A stretch of 64,000 bases of DNA from the IMG/VR virus record IMGVR_UViG_3300044695_006401. The stretch is one strand, 5' to 3'. A model generated the notes under the pieces. The model did no database searches and was not told the origin of the DNA. It saw only the letters and a list, made by a program, of their open reading frames with translations. Shown piece after piece: positions 29,656-42,300 of this stretch. Within the stretch, counting starts at the first letter, position 1. Each line of letters begins with the position of its first letter. Source of the stretch: a virus. Taxonomy: Duplodnaviria > Caudoviricetes. Position numbers and translations under genes: made by a program.

Positions 29656-32600
29656 TTATGGGAAATAAGTTACCGCAAGCTCAACAAGTTGTTGATATGC
29701 ACTATATACACTTGGTAAAATAGTTTCATTCTGTACATTTGTGAGAACAAAATCCTTCATTTGACTTGCACTTTTTCCTGTAAAACCGTAACCCGTATCC
29801 CAAGTCGCAATAATAAATTGAGCGATTGCTTGTTTTGTAGTTTCTTGTTGGTTACCAGTATTTAAAAGTTTCATTTCCTCAACTATTGGTCCTAAATTTT
29901 GATACAACTTGTAAGTAATTTCTATTGATTCGATGGCTTGTGCAAATGAGAATAATGGATTGGTTACATTATCAACACTAGTACACACCAAGGAATTAAG
30001 TCTTGGGTCGTCGCTGTATGTGTTTTTACCCGTCAACTCAAACAAGTTATTGTTAATAGGTTGTAATAGATTATCCTCGAAACCATTTGAAGATCTTGTA
30101 ATTGCAATAACAAAAAGTGTAATAGCAATATTTTTATCAATACTTGGTATTGATTTGATGAGGTTAGCAAATTCATTAAAGGTCAAATTACTTCTACTGA
30201 TGGCAACAAAAGGTAAGGTGGAGTATTTTGAATTAACTAATAACTGACATTCATCTTCAGGTTTCAATGTTGTTCCAACCGCCTCAGGTTGATCAAGGTT
30301 AGTTGTCGCTCCTTGTGGTGCTGAGATAGGGTTAGGTCTTTGAAGTGCAATACTTTTATACTTCTCTAAATAATTCTGTTTTATATATGTTGCCATACTA
30401 TCGGGTGGTGGTAATTCATATATTGGCATTCTAGTACCTTTGAATTCTGTTTCAAATCCTTGAGGAGAGATTCTATGTTCAACACTATATATTTGATATG
30501 ATCCCGCAAAAAGTGGAACATGTCTCAAATTGAAGTACATAAGTGGTTGTATCATCACATTACCTAAGGATGAAACTGTACAGCTATATGAAGAACTTAA
30601 ATATAAAGAATATATTGAGGATGTTTGTTGAGCGATTGAATCCCCATTTACACCATTTGCAATTTGGTCTCTCACTAAAAATGTTGCTCCTGTTGGTTTT
30701 TTTTCGTCCATACCAACTTCTAAATTTGAGAACATATTTTGGTTTTGAATACCAAAGTCTACGGTAAACGCAACCACTTTATTTGAAAGTGAAAAATTGT
30801 ATGGTGGTGTTACAGGTATTCTTACAGGACAAGTAGACGGGTTTCTAAAATCATAACTATCGTCATTATATAATACCGTATTATTATTTGACTTAGGGTG
30901 TTCTGATGTTTTACCAACATACGACAAAACAAACTTTGGTTTAGAGTCTATGTAGTTAACTTCAGCATATGTACCGAACAGTGAGTTTGGTAAATCAATA
31001 GGTTTAGGTATTGCGTTTGGTGTTGGCGATTGGTTTCCATAAAAATTAATGTATGCTGGCATCGCGTAAAATAACATATTGTCAATTACAGTCATAATTG
31101 TATCAACGGTGTCCAATATTGTCATTGTTTTTCTTTCTTTCAATAATTTTGCAATTTGTATAACATTTACTTGAAGTGTTCCGCCGATATCACCATTTCC
31201 TGCATTTACAAAAATGAAGTCTTCAAATAATGTTTTACTTTTAAAATCTCCACCCGCAATCCATTTATCATTGAAAGCTTGGAATGTGTTGTATGTACTT
31301 AGTTTAGTAACATTACCACTTACATTCGATCCTACACCTTCTATCTCTGTTTTTGTATTCGGTAGATTTTTGTTTAATCTCGAAGAGATTTCTCGAACCA
31401 TATCACTCTGTAGTGAATTCAAGTCATCTAAAAACTGATTGTAGTCACCGAAGAAATTATCAATATCCCAAGACCCACCGTCATACAATGTTTTGAATTT
31501 TTGAAAAGCATAAATCTTAATTAACGGGTATAAAGTTTGAACATTTGAAGATGAAAATTCAATATTATTATCAATAAAGAAATCAGTAATTGTAGATCCA
31601 CTATCCGAATATAATACATTATTGTTTACTGAGAATCCAACATATTTTTGTAGTTCTATCCAAGATTCAGAATTTAAAGATTGGCTGTCTAAAAGAGAAA
31701 CACCTGTTCCATCACCAGGGAGAGTCCCCAAAACATATTCTGAGTATGTTAGTGGTTGTAATGGTTTTAGAGTATCATCAGTTGAAAAACTATTGAATAC
31801 TTTTCTGTTGAAATTGGAAGGGTTACCTATTTTGAGAATACAATCAAAATTTATAAACTCCTCGAGTTTTTTTGACATGTTAATTTGCTGTACTTGTGCA
31901 ATATTTACCGCGTCTATGTTTTCTTGATTTATAATTGGGTTTGTTAAATCAGTTTCTTTAACAACAAACAAATTCAATATTTGATCTCTTAATCTCCTTT
32001 GTTTTATGTTTTTAATCTTGTTAGTATCAATATAATCAGGTGTTGTTCTTTCACCACTTAATACTAAAATTTCAGAGGCATCAGCATTCGGGTCACAAAA
32101 ACCTAAAAACGCCTTTTCAAATTCATCTAAAATTTGAGGGTTGAAGGTTCCTATCAATGTTGATATGTTAGGATATAACCCAGGTCCTAATCCGTATGTT
32201 ATTCTTTCATCAGGTTGTGGTTTAACTATCGGGTCAAAATAACCAAAATTTGAAAGTCCCCACATACCTCTAACCGAACCATTATACATTGCGGGATTAT
32301 TTGAAATGTCTGTTTTCAATTTTTTTGTACCCGTGAAACATTCTAAAACGGTTTGATTGAAAGGGGACCCTCCATTAGATGGTACCGGAATGTATACTTT
32401 ATTATTTTTGTCAACCATCGCATTTTTATCAAAAATAAAATACTGATAATAACCATTTACTACAATTGATCGGTCTAAGTTATTCGAGTCTCCACTGTAT
32501 GGCATAAAAAATGAAGAATTACTGTTTGTACCTATTCTTAACTTATTTCTATCATAAGCTTCTTCAAATTCCGTGGTAGAATAAGTGTTAAATAAGTTTT

Positions 32601-35600
32601 CTTTGGTAAAGTACCAATAAAAATCATTTATCAACTTAGGGTAAAATCCTAAATTATATTTTTCAATAAATTGTGTATTTGCTGGTGGTGTTAAAATAGT
32701 TTCAAAGGCCTTGAATGTTTGAGTACCCCCTGTATAATTTTTAATAGTATATTGGGTGGACATGTTTCCGAGTGTCGGGTCGTAATAATTTTCATAATCA
32801 AAATTTTGCCATACATCATCCAAAATATCAACTGTCTTGTTTGATTCTATCCATGTTTTATACCTATGCCACACAGCACCATATTTCAAAATGTAATGAT
32901 AAGGCATCTGATGGATTGCTGAAAATTTACTAAGACTTGTCAATATATCCGTTTTGACATTAGTATTATCCAAAGATTGTATAGTTAATTCTTCATTTAA
33001 AGACGATAAAAATAAATAACCTAAAGCGACATATGGGTTACTTACTCCATTTTTTTCATTATCAATACCTTTCAATAAAGCATTTATAAAATACGGGGTG
33101 TTAACCATAGAGGTAACTTGTTCAGATGTTACCAATCCTGAATAATTAGAATATAATAAATTAAGATCAGTATAATTACTGTATAAATAATCAGGATATT
33201 TAACTGTGAAGTAATTGATAAGATCTATTGAAGTTTTAATTGGGGTTGCACTATTAGGTATTACGAATACCTGTGAATTAAAATTTTTATTTATGTTGTT
33301 TTCGTATGTGTAGTTTAATGTCAATTTGTTTCCTGAAGAATTCTCTTTAAGCCTAGCGACCGTTTTTTTGTCCTCAAAGAAAATAAATGTGTCATCAGTG
33401 TTATAAATAACATTAGGATCATCGGTTTTATATAATCCGTATACATCAAAAAAGTTCAGTTCGTTAGTAGTCGTATCACTCAAATAGTTTTTAAAATTTT
33501 CAACTAATGGTACGCTTGTGTCTAATGTCAAACTTGCACCGTCAATAGTGTCCATACTAAATAGACCATAATCTTTACTTATTAGTGTATTGATGTATTC
33601 CGTAGTAAAATTGTCCCTTTCGTAGTTCCAATATTTTGTAGATGCTCCGTTATTGGAAATTGTTTTCAAATAATCCTCTAAGACAGTTAAATCAAAAGGG
33701 TTGTTTTTTAATTTTTCAAGTAAAAATGGTTTGTTATTTATATTTTTACTTATGTTACTGTACTCAAGGTCTGCAATAAATTTATCTATTTGCGGTCTTT
33801 TGTAGTTACCTCTGAAAAGTTGCGTGTAGTGTGATGTTAAATATGTCCTTTCCCACCATTCATAAAAAAATGAAATTTCACTTGGATCCTCGTATGGGAT
33901 TGTGCTGAACGGAAACTCTAAACTATTAGATGAAGCATAGTCACCCAGTAGTTTTTGATTAACATATGTATACTTTTTACCAACCGGAGCTTTTAGTGTC
34001 CCCGCTTCTAAATATTTTTCAGTAAAGAATACTTCAGGCCAAACCGTTCTGTCAAATGCATTTGTCGTCGGAGCATATGGTGGTGAGCCTAAGTACTGAA
34101 TAACATACTTATCAACACCATCGGTTGTTTTTTCTTTAACAAAGTATGTTGGCCAAGGGTAAACCACATTGTCGGTATTTTGTGATCCCGCATAGTTAAC
34201 TTGATTTTTTGAGTCTATACCAAAGTTGTTACTTGGGGGTAAAACTGTCTGAATTCTTTTTGGGTCATTTCTTTTTTGCCAAGCGTCAAAGTGAGTTTGA
34301 TCCATCAATCTATAGAAAGTGTCTATACCTGCCATAATTATTGCAAATACATTTCTTATTGTTGGTGCAAACCCTAATCCGTCATTCTCATTAATAAGTT
34401 TATTTGCAAGTAAATCAGAAAAATTTTGTTCTATAGATGTTTTCTTGGATTCTAAAGTTGATTTTAGTTTATCAATTTTTGCAAAAAAACTATTCTGAAT
34501 ATAGTTAATATCACCAATCTTTTTTTCCCCATAAGTAAAAAAAGTCGGGCTGTGAGCTGGATCATCTACAATTAATCCAGTATTTAAATCTCTAACTTTA
34601 CCAAAAAGTTCAAACTCTTTGGCTATTTGTGTTTTGTAAGTGTTTAACTCTTGATCGGTAAAATTATTTCTTCCTAATTTTTGTGAAAGACTACTTCTGT
34701 AATCATCTTCGGTCAGGTCTGTGTACCAGAATTTTTTAACAATATCATCTACAGACAAAGAAACAGGAATAGATTGACCTTCAAAAGTAGTATTACCAAT
34801 TTTATATGAACCTTTGTTTTCACCAGTCCCAAAAGATGTGTTATTATTGAGGTCTTTAACTGCCGCGTTAATTTCGGCTTCAATGTCTTTGACAAGTTGG
34901 TTTCTAAAATCAAAGTCAATGTTTCTTTTGTAAGGATAATAAATTTGATTGTTTTTGATGATGTAACTATCGTTATCTAAATAATTTGTAAGAACTTTAT
35001 TATATACAGTATCAACTAACTCATCAAGTATATTGTTAAAAGTTTGAACATCATTTAAAACAGTAAAGTCACCCTTTTCAATTGATTCTTGTACAGATAA
35101 ATCATAATTCTCCGCTCTCAAAAAAAACTCTTCTATTGTTAGTCTTGGGAAACCCTTTGGGATTAAACCTTTGGATTCGTAAATACCGTACACCTCATCT
35201 AATTTTTGTGCACCTACCGATGTTTGTGTTATTTGGGTATTTACTGTAGCATTTGGCGTGGCACTGTTATTTGTCTGGTCGGTTGTTTGAATATTAGTTG
35301 GAAACATTTTTGGTGCTACGATTCCATAATCCAATAAAGTATCAGCTAGAAGACCTGTTAACTTTCCAATAAACTCCAAACTTATTTGATAGTTTCCAGT
35401 TCCTGAATCAAATGTTGCATTAAAACTCGATAAATTCAATGCGTATCTTATTGCCTTACCATAATACCCTTTGAGTGTTAAATAAAATAGTGGATAAGGC
35501 ATGTTGAAGAACACGGAATAAAGGGATTTTTCACCTTGTTCAAATAAAGTTCTTCCTTGCACATCAATTAATCTCATCGAAACTTTTGGTACACCGATAC

Positions 35601-36045
35601 TATTCACCGTCACATTGATTGTTTCAATTCCTAACATTTGAGTGTCTTCATAATTTGAAGTGTCTTTTGTTCCTTTGACATTTCTTACGGCCTGATTTGA
35701 CCCTTCTGCAGTTTTCGCACCTTTACCAGTTAACTGATCAGTATAAGATGTGTCAAAAAACTTTTTACCTTGTGGTTGTAAAAAATTGATGACTAAGCTC
35801 GGGTCGTTAGAACTTGATTTTAAACTAGCAACAGATGTATTAAATATGTCCAATGTTTCTCCAACCGCCAATTTTGTTCTTGGCACAACTTTAGTTTCAA
35901 GGTTAGCATAAATTACTAACTCCTCATGATCGACTAATCGATCTTTGATTACATTATTATCAACAATTTTATTTGGGTCTATTGAAATAATGTTGTCGTA
36001 ATCGGTTTCAATATAAAGTGGTTTTTTTGAAAAGTTATCTGCCAT
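29656..36045 (-). CDS. Giant baseplate hub (gp27 / gpD-like) with large insertion and C-terminal GH73-like domain
   Basis: N-terminal hub-like beta region (KVSMRLIDVQGR...YQISLEFIG). C-proximal AGSYQIYSVEHRISPQGFETEFKG matches the gpD/gp27 G-x-Y-x-I-x-x-V-x-H motif. Follows the LysM/gp53-like gene. Confidence 0.6.
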   Translation of the reverse strand: MADNFSKKPLYIETDYDNIISIDPNKIVDNNVIKDRLVDHEELVIYANLETKVVPRTKLAVGETLDIFNTSVASLKSSSNDPSLVINFLQPQGKKFFDTSYTDQLTGKGAKTAEGSNQAVRNVKGTKDTSNYEDTQMLGIETINVTVNSIGVPKVSMRLIDVQGRTLFEQGEKSLYSVFFNMPYPLFYLTLKGYYGKAIRYALNLSSFNATFDSGTGNYQISLEFIGKLTGLLADTLLDYGIVAPKMFPTNIQTTDQTNNSATPNATVNTQITQTSVGAQKLDEVYGIYESKGLIPKGFPRLTIEEFFLRAENYDLSVQESIEKGDFTVLNDVQTFNNILDELVDTVYNKVLTNYLDNDSYIIKNNQIYYPYKRNIDFDFRNQLVKDIEAEINAAVKDLNNNTSFGTGENKGSYKIGNTTFEGQSIPVSLSVDDIVKKFWYTDLTEDDYRSSLSQKLGRNNFTDQELNTYKTQIAKEFELFGKVRDLNTGLIVDDPAHSPTFFTYGEKKIGDINYIQNSFFAKIDKLKSTLESKKTSIEQNFSDLLANKLINENDGLGFAPTIRNVFAIIMAGIDTFYRLMDQTHFDAWQKRNDPKRIQTVLPPSNNFGIDSKNQVNYAGSQNTDNVVYPWPTYFVKEKTTDGVDKYVIQYLGSPPYAPTTNAFDRTVWPEVFFTEKYLEAGTLKAPVGKKYTYVNQKLLGDYASSNSLEFPFSTIPYEDPSEISFFYEWWERTYLTSHYTQLFRGNYKRPQIDKFIADLEYSNISKNINNKPFLLEKLKNNPFDLTVLEDYLKTISNNGASTKYWNYERDNFTTEYINTLISKDYGLFSMDTIDGASLTLDTSVPLVENFKNYLSDTTTNELNFFDVYGLYKTDDPNVIYNTDDTFIFFEDKKTVARLKENSSGNKLTLNYTYENNINKNFNSQVFVIPNSATPIKTSIDLINYFTVKYPDYLYSNYTDLNLLYSNYSGLVTSEQVTSMVNTPYFINALLKGIDNEKNGVSNPYVALGYLFLSSLNEELTIQSLDNTNVKTDILTSLSKFSAIHQMPYHYILKYGAVWHRYKTWIESNKTVDILDDVWQNFDYENYYDPTLGNMSTQYTIKNYTGGTQTFKAFETILTPPANTQFIEKYNLGFYPKLINDFYWYFTKENLFNTYSTTEFEEAYDRNKLRIGTNSNSSFFMPYSGDSNNLDRSIVVNGYYQYFIFDKNAMVDKNNKVYIPVPSNGGSPFNQTVLECFTGTKKLKTDISNNPAMYNGSVRGMWGLSNFGYFDPIVKPQPDERITYGLGPGLYPNISTLIGTFNPQILDEFEKAFLGFCDPNADASEILVLSGERTTPDYIDTNKIKNIKQRRLRDQILNLFVVKETDLTNPIINQENIDAVNIAQVQQINMSKKLEEFINFDCILKIGNPSNFNRKVFNSFSTDDTLKPLQPLTYSEYVLGTLPGDGTGVSLLDSQSLNSESWIELQKYVGFSVNNNVLYSDSGSTITDFFIDNNIEFSSSNVQTLYPLIKIYAFQKFKTLYDGGSWDIDNFFGDYNQFLDDLNSLQSDMVREISSRLNKNLPNTKTEIEGVGSNVSGNVTKLSTYNTFQAFNDKWIAGGDFKSKTLFEDFIFVNAGNGDIGGTLQVNVIQIAKLLKERKTMTILDTVDTIMTVIDNMLFYAMPAYINFYGNQSPTPNAIPKPIDLPNSLFGTYAEVNYIDSKPKFVLSYVGKTSEHPKSNNNTVLYNDDSYDFRNPSTCPVRIPVTPPYNFSLSNKVVAFTVDFGIQNQNMFSNLEVGMDEKKPTGATFLVRDQIANGVNGDSIAQQTSSIYSLYLSSSYSCTVSSLGNVMIQPLMYFNLRHVPLFAGSYQIYSVEHRISPQGFETEFKGTRMPIYELPPPDSMATYIKQNYLEKYKSIALQRPNPISAPQGATTNLDQPEAVGTTLKPEDECQLLVNSKYSTLPFVAISRSNLTFNEFANLIKSIPSIDKNIAITLFVIAITRSSNGFEDNLLQPINNNLFELTGKNTYSDDPRLNSLVCTSVDNVTNPLFSFAQAIESIEITYKLYQNLGPIVEEMKLLNTGNQQETTKQAIAQFIIATWDTGYGFTGKSASQMKDFVLTNVQNETILPSVYSAYQQLVELAVTYFP

Positions 36046-36352
36046 AATAAAAAATATGTGTATCTACCGCATTTTTGTAGTCCAAAAGAGCACCTAATAA
36101 TGGATATGGTATAGCTAATATAGTTCCATCAGGTATATTTGTCTCCAATCCACCAAATTCAGGATTAGCCATCAATATTAACCACCCAAAATAAGGTGAT
36201 CCATATTTCTCAAAACTAATCTTATCTAACCTACTTCTATTAGTTCTATAAATGTATTTTTGGTCAGATGGTCTTGTGGGTAATGTCACATAAGGAACAA
36301 CAGTTTGTTGTCCATTAACAAAAAAATTCTGATATCTATTGTAGTATTGCAT
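36035..36352 (-). CDS. LysM-like baseplate protein (gp53 / P2 gpX-like)
   Basis: SRLDKISFEKYGSPYFGWLILMANP...IPDGTILAIPY signature. Confidence 0.8.
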   Translation of the reverse strand: MQYYNRYQNFFVNGQQTVVPYVTLPTRPSDQKYIYRTNRSRLDKISFEKYGSPYFGWLILMANPEFGGLETNIPDGTILAIPYPLLGALLDYKNAVDTHIFYYGR

Positions 36353-36353
36353 A

Positions 36354-39300
36354 TTAAACCATTTGTTTTTTCAAGTTAAATAAATTGTCAGTTGAGTCAA
36401 CTGTTGACCACAAGTCGAATAAGTTCTGCTGATTAGCAGGGTTGACCGGGTCTTGTTTAACAAAAGTGAACTTTCTAGTTTTGTTTTTGTTAAAGGTAAT
36501 GTATTTGTTATTAGGGAACTTAGAAATAAAATATTGATTATTGAAGTTTTTAAAATTATCGTCTAATGTCTGTTTTGATTTTTCATACTTACTGAATCTT
36601 CCATTAGGTATTACCGTAGTTTGATTTCCAACTTGAACAGATCCTGACCCTGCATTAATACCTATGTTTGCAAACATAAATGATCTATAATTACTAACAC
36701 TAAGATCTTGAGTTATTGTTGATACAACATCGTCCATAAACTTATTTCTGTCTTGTAAAATTTCTTTTCCAAATATTAAGAAGAATCTAACATCTTGCGG
36801 AACCACAGAATCGATATAAACATCAAAGTTGAAACTGTCATTGTATATTTTAGTAGATCCGCTTGGAATCATTTGATATGTACCATACTTGTCATTCAAT
36901 TCATTAAGATCACTTCCGATTTTTAAAAGATCGTCTTTTAATTCATCATATGTATTAGCGGCGCCAGCACTAGTCGGGTCAACCTCAGTTGTTCCTGATA
37001 TGTCATATATTACTGCACCACCCCTTTTATTTTTATAACCGTCAACCTGACTTAAAACAAAATTGATCTGATCCGAATTTTTGATGAAATTAATTTCTTC
37101 TTGTATTAGTTTAGATGTATTTTTTTCAAGAGATTGTAAGAAAATACTTTTTCTTGAATCGACCATTTCCGTTAATCTTCTTTTAACTTTTCTTGTTGAG
37201 TTATTTGACGCAAAGGATTGGTTAGTGAGTTGTGCTATCAACGGACATAAATCGTTTTCAATATCTAATTTAGCTTGGTCGAAAAGTAAATCAACTTTAC
37301 TTTGGTAGTTCACGGGTTTACCAAATATTTTTACTACTTGTGGTTGTGCTCCCAATAACCAATCAAATTGACCTTCACTATATTTTCTTTCTGCCGTGTA
37401 AAAAATTAATCCACCCCATAAAAGATCGTTTTTAAGATCGGTTAAAGTAGTATTAATATTACTGATATAGTTTTCGGTTGCAGAAATCATGTTATTCATG
37501 TTATCTTTGTAATTGATGTCCCCGATAACCTGTGATGTATTAACATCAAAAGAAGAATTGGTAATAGTACCAATTGTTACCCCACCGTCATTTACCGCAG
37601 GTCTTGTAAGAGGAGGCACTCCGGCTTCATTTTTTATATCTTCAATTAATTGTTTTTCGAATTCAGGATTTAGTTCTTCTGTTTCTGTAGCTCTTTCATC
37701 ATAAACTTCTGTATTAGCATAATAGTTGAAGGATAGAGCATTTTGAAGTTGTGCTACGGGTTCTTTTAGCCCATGTCCTCCAATAAATTTAACATTCATT
37801 GAAATACTCGCAATCATTGGTTGAACTCCAATACCTTCAGGGTTCAAATCGTAAACCGCATTTTCGTAACTAATGTCAAGACTCTCAAAAACAACTTTTG
37901 TATGATAAAAGTCACCTATTCTCAAAATACAAATAGGTGGAGAACCAAAAGCACTATTTGTTACATCATTATAGACTAAAGATGTACCACCTTGTCCTGT
38001 TTCAACTGCAGTTGGTATGGTATCTCCTGGTCTCATACATTGTTGTAAAAATGTCAATCTTGCGTTCAACCCTTCGGGTGTTATTGAGTGGAATATAGGA
38101 TTAAAGTTTTTGATTCTACTTTTGATTCCATCATAAATCATAGGATCTTGTTCACGAATCATTTCAAAATAATCACACTCACTCAAAAGTTTTCTCAATA
38201 ATTTTTTGGTAATTCCTTCTCTTAACTTATTAGTTAAAGTTTGTTTTTTTACTTGTCGTACTACTGGTGAACTTTCTGACTGTGGTTGTGAGTCTGTTAA
38301 TGTATTAATGTCAGCAGCTAATGGATTTGGAATTTCACTGTCTGGTTGTTCTGTAACATCTGTATTTGTACCAACCACCGGTTCTGTTGGTGGTGGTGTT
38401 TGTGATTTTACACCGACTCTAACTCTTCTACACATCATACCCTGAACCGAGTATTTAAGTATTGTTGAGTTACTAAATGGTTTGGAACAGTCAATATCAC
38501 GGTAATCCGTTTCATTAATTTTTTGATTGTCACCATTACTTGAAGTAGAAAATTCAAGTAACTTTTTATCAATCATGTCTTTCATATTTAAATCACCTTC
38601 AGTAAAGTCCGTAATCGTTTTGATTACAGAGTTAGTTCTTCTCTGTGATAATGAATTATTATAGTTAACTGAGCTATTGTTGTTTGAGTTAGCAGATCCA
38701 ATAACATCTAATACTATTTTATTTCCTGAATCACATAGTGTTAATATTTTTGAAAGAAGTTCTTTGAAAGTATCGTATTCTTGTTTAAGGAAGCTGAACA
38801 CCCCCGATATTGAAGTTTTTCTAGTGTCTATGTATTCTGCCAACGAAAAGTTTGCAGGGGCATTTGTAACCGCATTTCCACCATAAAAATATAGTTTATC
38901 TGCGAAGTTATTCCCCCCTCCGTTTATACCGGCAGTACTATAATCTGACTCAGCGTTTATCAATTCAGTATAATATTCTTCATATGAACCACTAGTGTCT
39001 GTCGATCCAGGTTTTGCTTCTTGAAACAATAATTGTATGTCTTGGTATATCTCGGTTTGTAAGTCTTCGGCTATTGTTGTATCAGTTTGTCCAGAACTTT
39101 GTTGTTCTACATTGACACTAGTTTCAATAGTTACTTCAGACTGTATGGTTTCATTTGGAAGTTCTTTAGCTACTTCTTGAAGTGATTCAGTAGATAGGGT
39201 TGAGACTACTTGATAAATGTCGTTCAAACTGAAAGACCCATACTTTTTCAAAAGGTCATAAATATCATACTCAGTACAACCGGCAATAAATGAGTCAATT

Positions 39301-42300
39301 ACTTTTGTAGCAACAGAAGTATTTTGTGACTCTAATTCTCTTTTAACTAAAATATTCATGATCGACGGGTGGTCAACTACAATCTTCCACTTTAGTGACC
39401 CACTTCTTTCCGTACTTTTATATGTGTATATAGGTTCAGGTCTACCTAAAAATGTATTACCCTCCCAATCTGTTCTTGTATTTTCATCAAAAACTAAATC
39501 ATATGGTGGAAACCACATGATTCTACCACCACCTGGACCTATTTCACATCCAGGTAAATCGTCCACAGTATAACCCGGTTTATTAGATGTTCTCCAAGCC
39601 AAATTTTCAATAGAGAACATATATTTTTTTACTCTACCATTTTGTATATTTGTCGAATCAGGTCCTGTCATCGGAGCAATATTCAAGTTATATGTAGAAT
39701 CTAAAACTGAATAAGACGCACCTCTGATATTACCTTTATTGTTTCTTAATTTTCCTTTCTGAAGATTTCTATATGTGTAGTAAGGTCTATCTTTTGTAAA
39801 CAATCTACAATATTCATATCCTTGAACATCCGTCACAGGATTGTCAGGATTAGGTTGAACTGATGTTGGGGTGACATATCTAAAAACTCTTGACCCTTTT
39901 GTCATTTCCATATAACCATCGTTAAAGACTTTGGATACTTGGTTGATTGCATTTCCGACATGTTGTTTTTTGTTTGATGACCTGCTTCCTGCATCAACTA
40001 ACTTTTGTGTAATGTCTAATATTGAACCGTCTGTTAAATTTAAACCAGATGATTTAGATTTATCGAATGTATTTTTTAATAATTCATCTAATCCACTGTT
40101 TGTGGAGTTAACCGCTTGGTTATTAAATCCAACAGGTTGTCCTGGTTTTATATATGTATTATTTGATGTGGTCCATGTAAAGTTCCCAATTAAAGATCCA
40201 CCCCCAATAACGCCCTTTGTGTCTGATGCACCATCAAAGAAGTTTCTTGAGTTGATTCCAAAAAATCGGTTATTAACTTGGTTACCTTCGTATTCTTTAC
40301 CGAGTTCTCCATAGTCAAAAACAGGACCTATACTTGGTTGATCACCCTTACCTAAGGGTAACTCATTTTTAGGACTTACTACATCTCTAACAAAATTTTT
40401 AGTGTTTCCAATATAAAAATTTGGTTTTGGTGCCGACAAGTTTGGGTTCAATAATGATTCAAAATTATAATCGGGTCTGTAAGCATTAAAAAATAATTGA
40501 TCAAACAATAATGATCTTGTTGCTCTTGATGTGTTGGCTAAGAATCTTTCTGATCCTGAATCAATATTGGCCGATAATATTTTATTTGAGAAGTTACTAA
40601 CTAAACTTCCAATACCCCCAATTGGGTTTGCCAATGCCTGACTCAAAAAGTTTCTTTCAGGAAAATCAAAGTATTCACCAGGTATAATCGAGTATGGTGA
40701 GTAAAGTCCAGCGATTCTTGATGTAAAGTTTAAAATGTCACCAACAATTGTTGCGGGTTCAGTAATAGAAAAGTTTTTTTGTATTAAAGGAACATTATTG
40801 GTGGCAACTCCTAAAATATCAAACGGATCTAATGATGGCGTATTTCCTATTCCACCAGACGGAGGTCCTACAGTAGAACTTGTTAAAATAGACCTACCTA
40901 CCGTTTGTTGGTATAATTCAGCAGCAACTCTTGATTTAAACTCTTGTTGAAGTTTTTTTGCGGCAATTTTTGCCAAGTTTGAGTCGTTACTCAAAGAACC
41001 CTCACTACCGTTAGGATTATCACTTGTAAGAATTGCAAAAGGACTATAAGACGAGGCAACAAATGAAAATGTTGTATCACTATTAGCATATGGTCTATTC
41101 AAAGTGTCAGGGAACAATTCATCAATAACTAACGGTTCATAGGTCCCTTCTCCTGTATTATATAGATTTTTAATATAGTTGTATTGAATAGATTGTTCGG
41201 TTGTCTTATTTGGTGCAGATGCCGTAAAGTCATACTCACCCTGATTCGCCTGTGTTTGAAAATTCAAATTAGGATTGATCATGGGTCCAAAACCATTCGG
41301 TTGATCCTCAGGCCCGAAGACATTTGCCAAATAGGATATCAATTGTGATTGTTCAGTAGTAAGGTTCGGAGACGAACCTCCATAACTATATGGGCCTGAA
41401 TTTGGTCGTGTTTGGTTGTTTGTGTTTGGGTTTACTTGACCATTGAACCCTCCGTCAGGTCCAAAAAAGTTAGTCACATATGCATTTGCTCTTGATTGGT
41501 CAGCAGTTATATTTGGTCCATCTGAAACATAATCATAGTCTCCTTGGTTGGATCCGATTACCAATGTCGGGAACAACACTGAGTTACCATAACCATTTTG
41601 TATATTAGTTGGTGAGTATTTGTTCAAGACCCTTAATAGTCCTTCCATTTTATCCCCTTCTAACTCTAACGGACTAAAAATCGCATCAGAAGGTCCATAA
41701 TTTCCCTCGTTAGATTTAGTTTGTTTGTTGACATTAGGGTTTATGGTTTGAGTACTCTGTTGACCCTCAGGACCATATTGGTTAATAACAATTTGTTCTT
41801 CTTTTGATGTTCTACCCTTTTTTTCTAAATCACTTCCTAATGTATCTGAAAAGTCATAGTGACCTTCATTTGGTTTGGATTGTTTGTTAATATTAGGTAC
41901 TACAGTATTTCTACTGTCATTTTGGTCAGGACCATATTGATTTATAACAATAAGTTCAGTTTCTTTCTGTACCCCAAAAGTTTCAAGTAAACTTCCTTCA
42001 GTATTAATATACCCATAAACACCTTTGTTAGATGTTGTATTAAGATTTTTATTTATATCAATTGTATTTCCAAATGAATTTGAAAAGTCTACAGGTCCAT
42101 ATATGTTTTGAACATAAAGTAATTTTTCTGTAGTATCCCCAATAGTTTCTAATTGTGAACCTATAGTGTTTTTGTATCCGTAATTACCTAAATTACTTTG
42201 ATTGTTTTTGTTGATGTTGATTTGAATAGTATCTCCAAATCCGCCAACTGGATTAAATTTATTTTGTTTAATTAATCTTTCTTCCTGAATTTTTTGTTCA

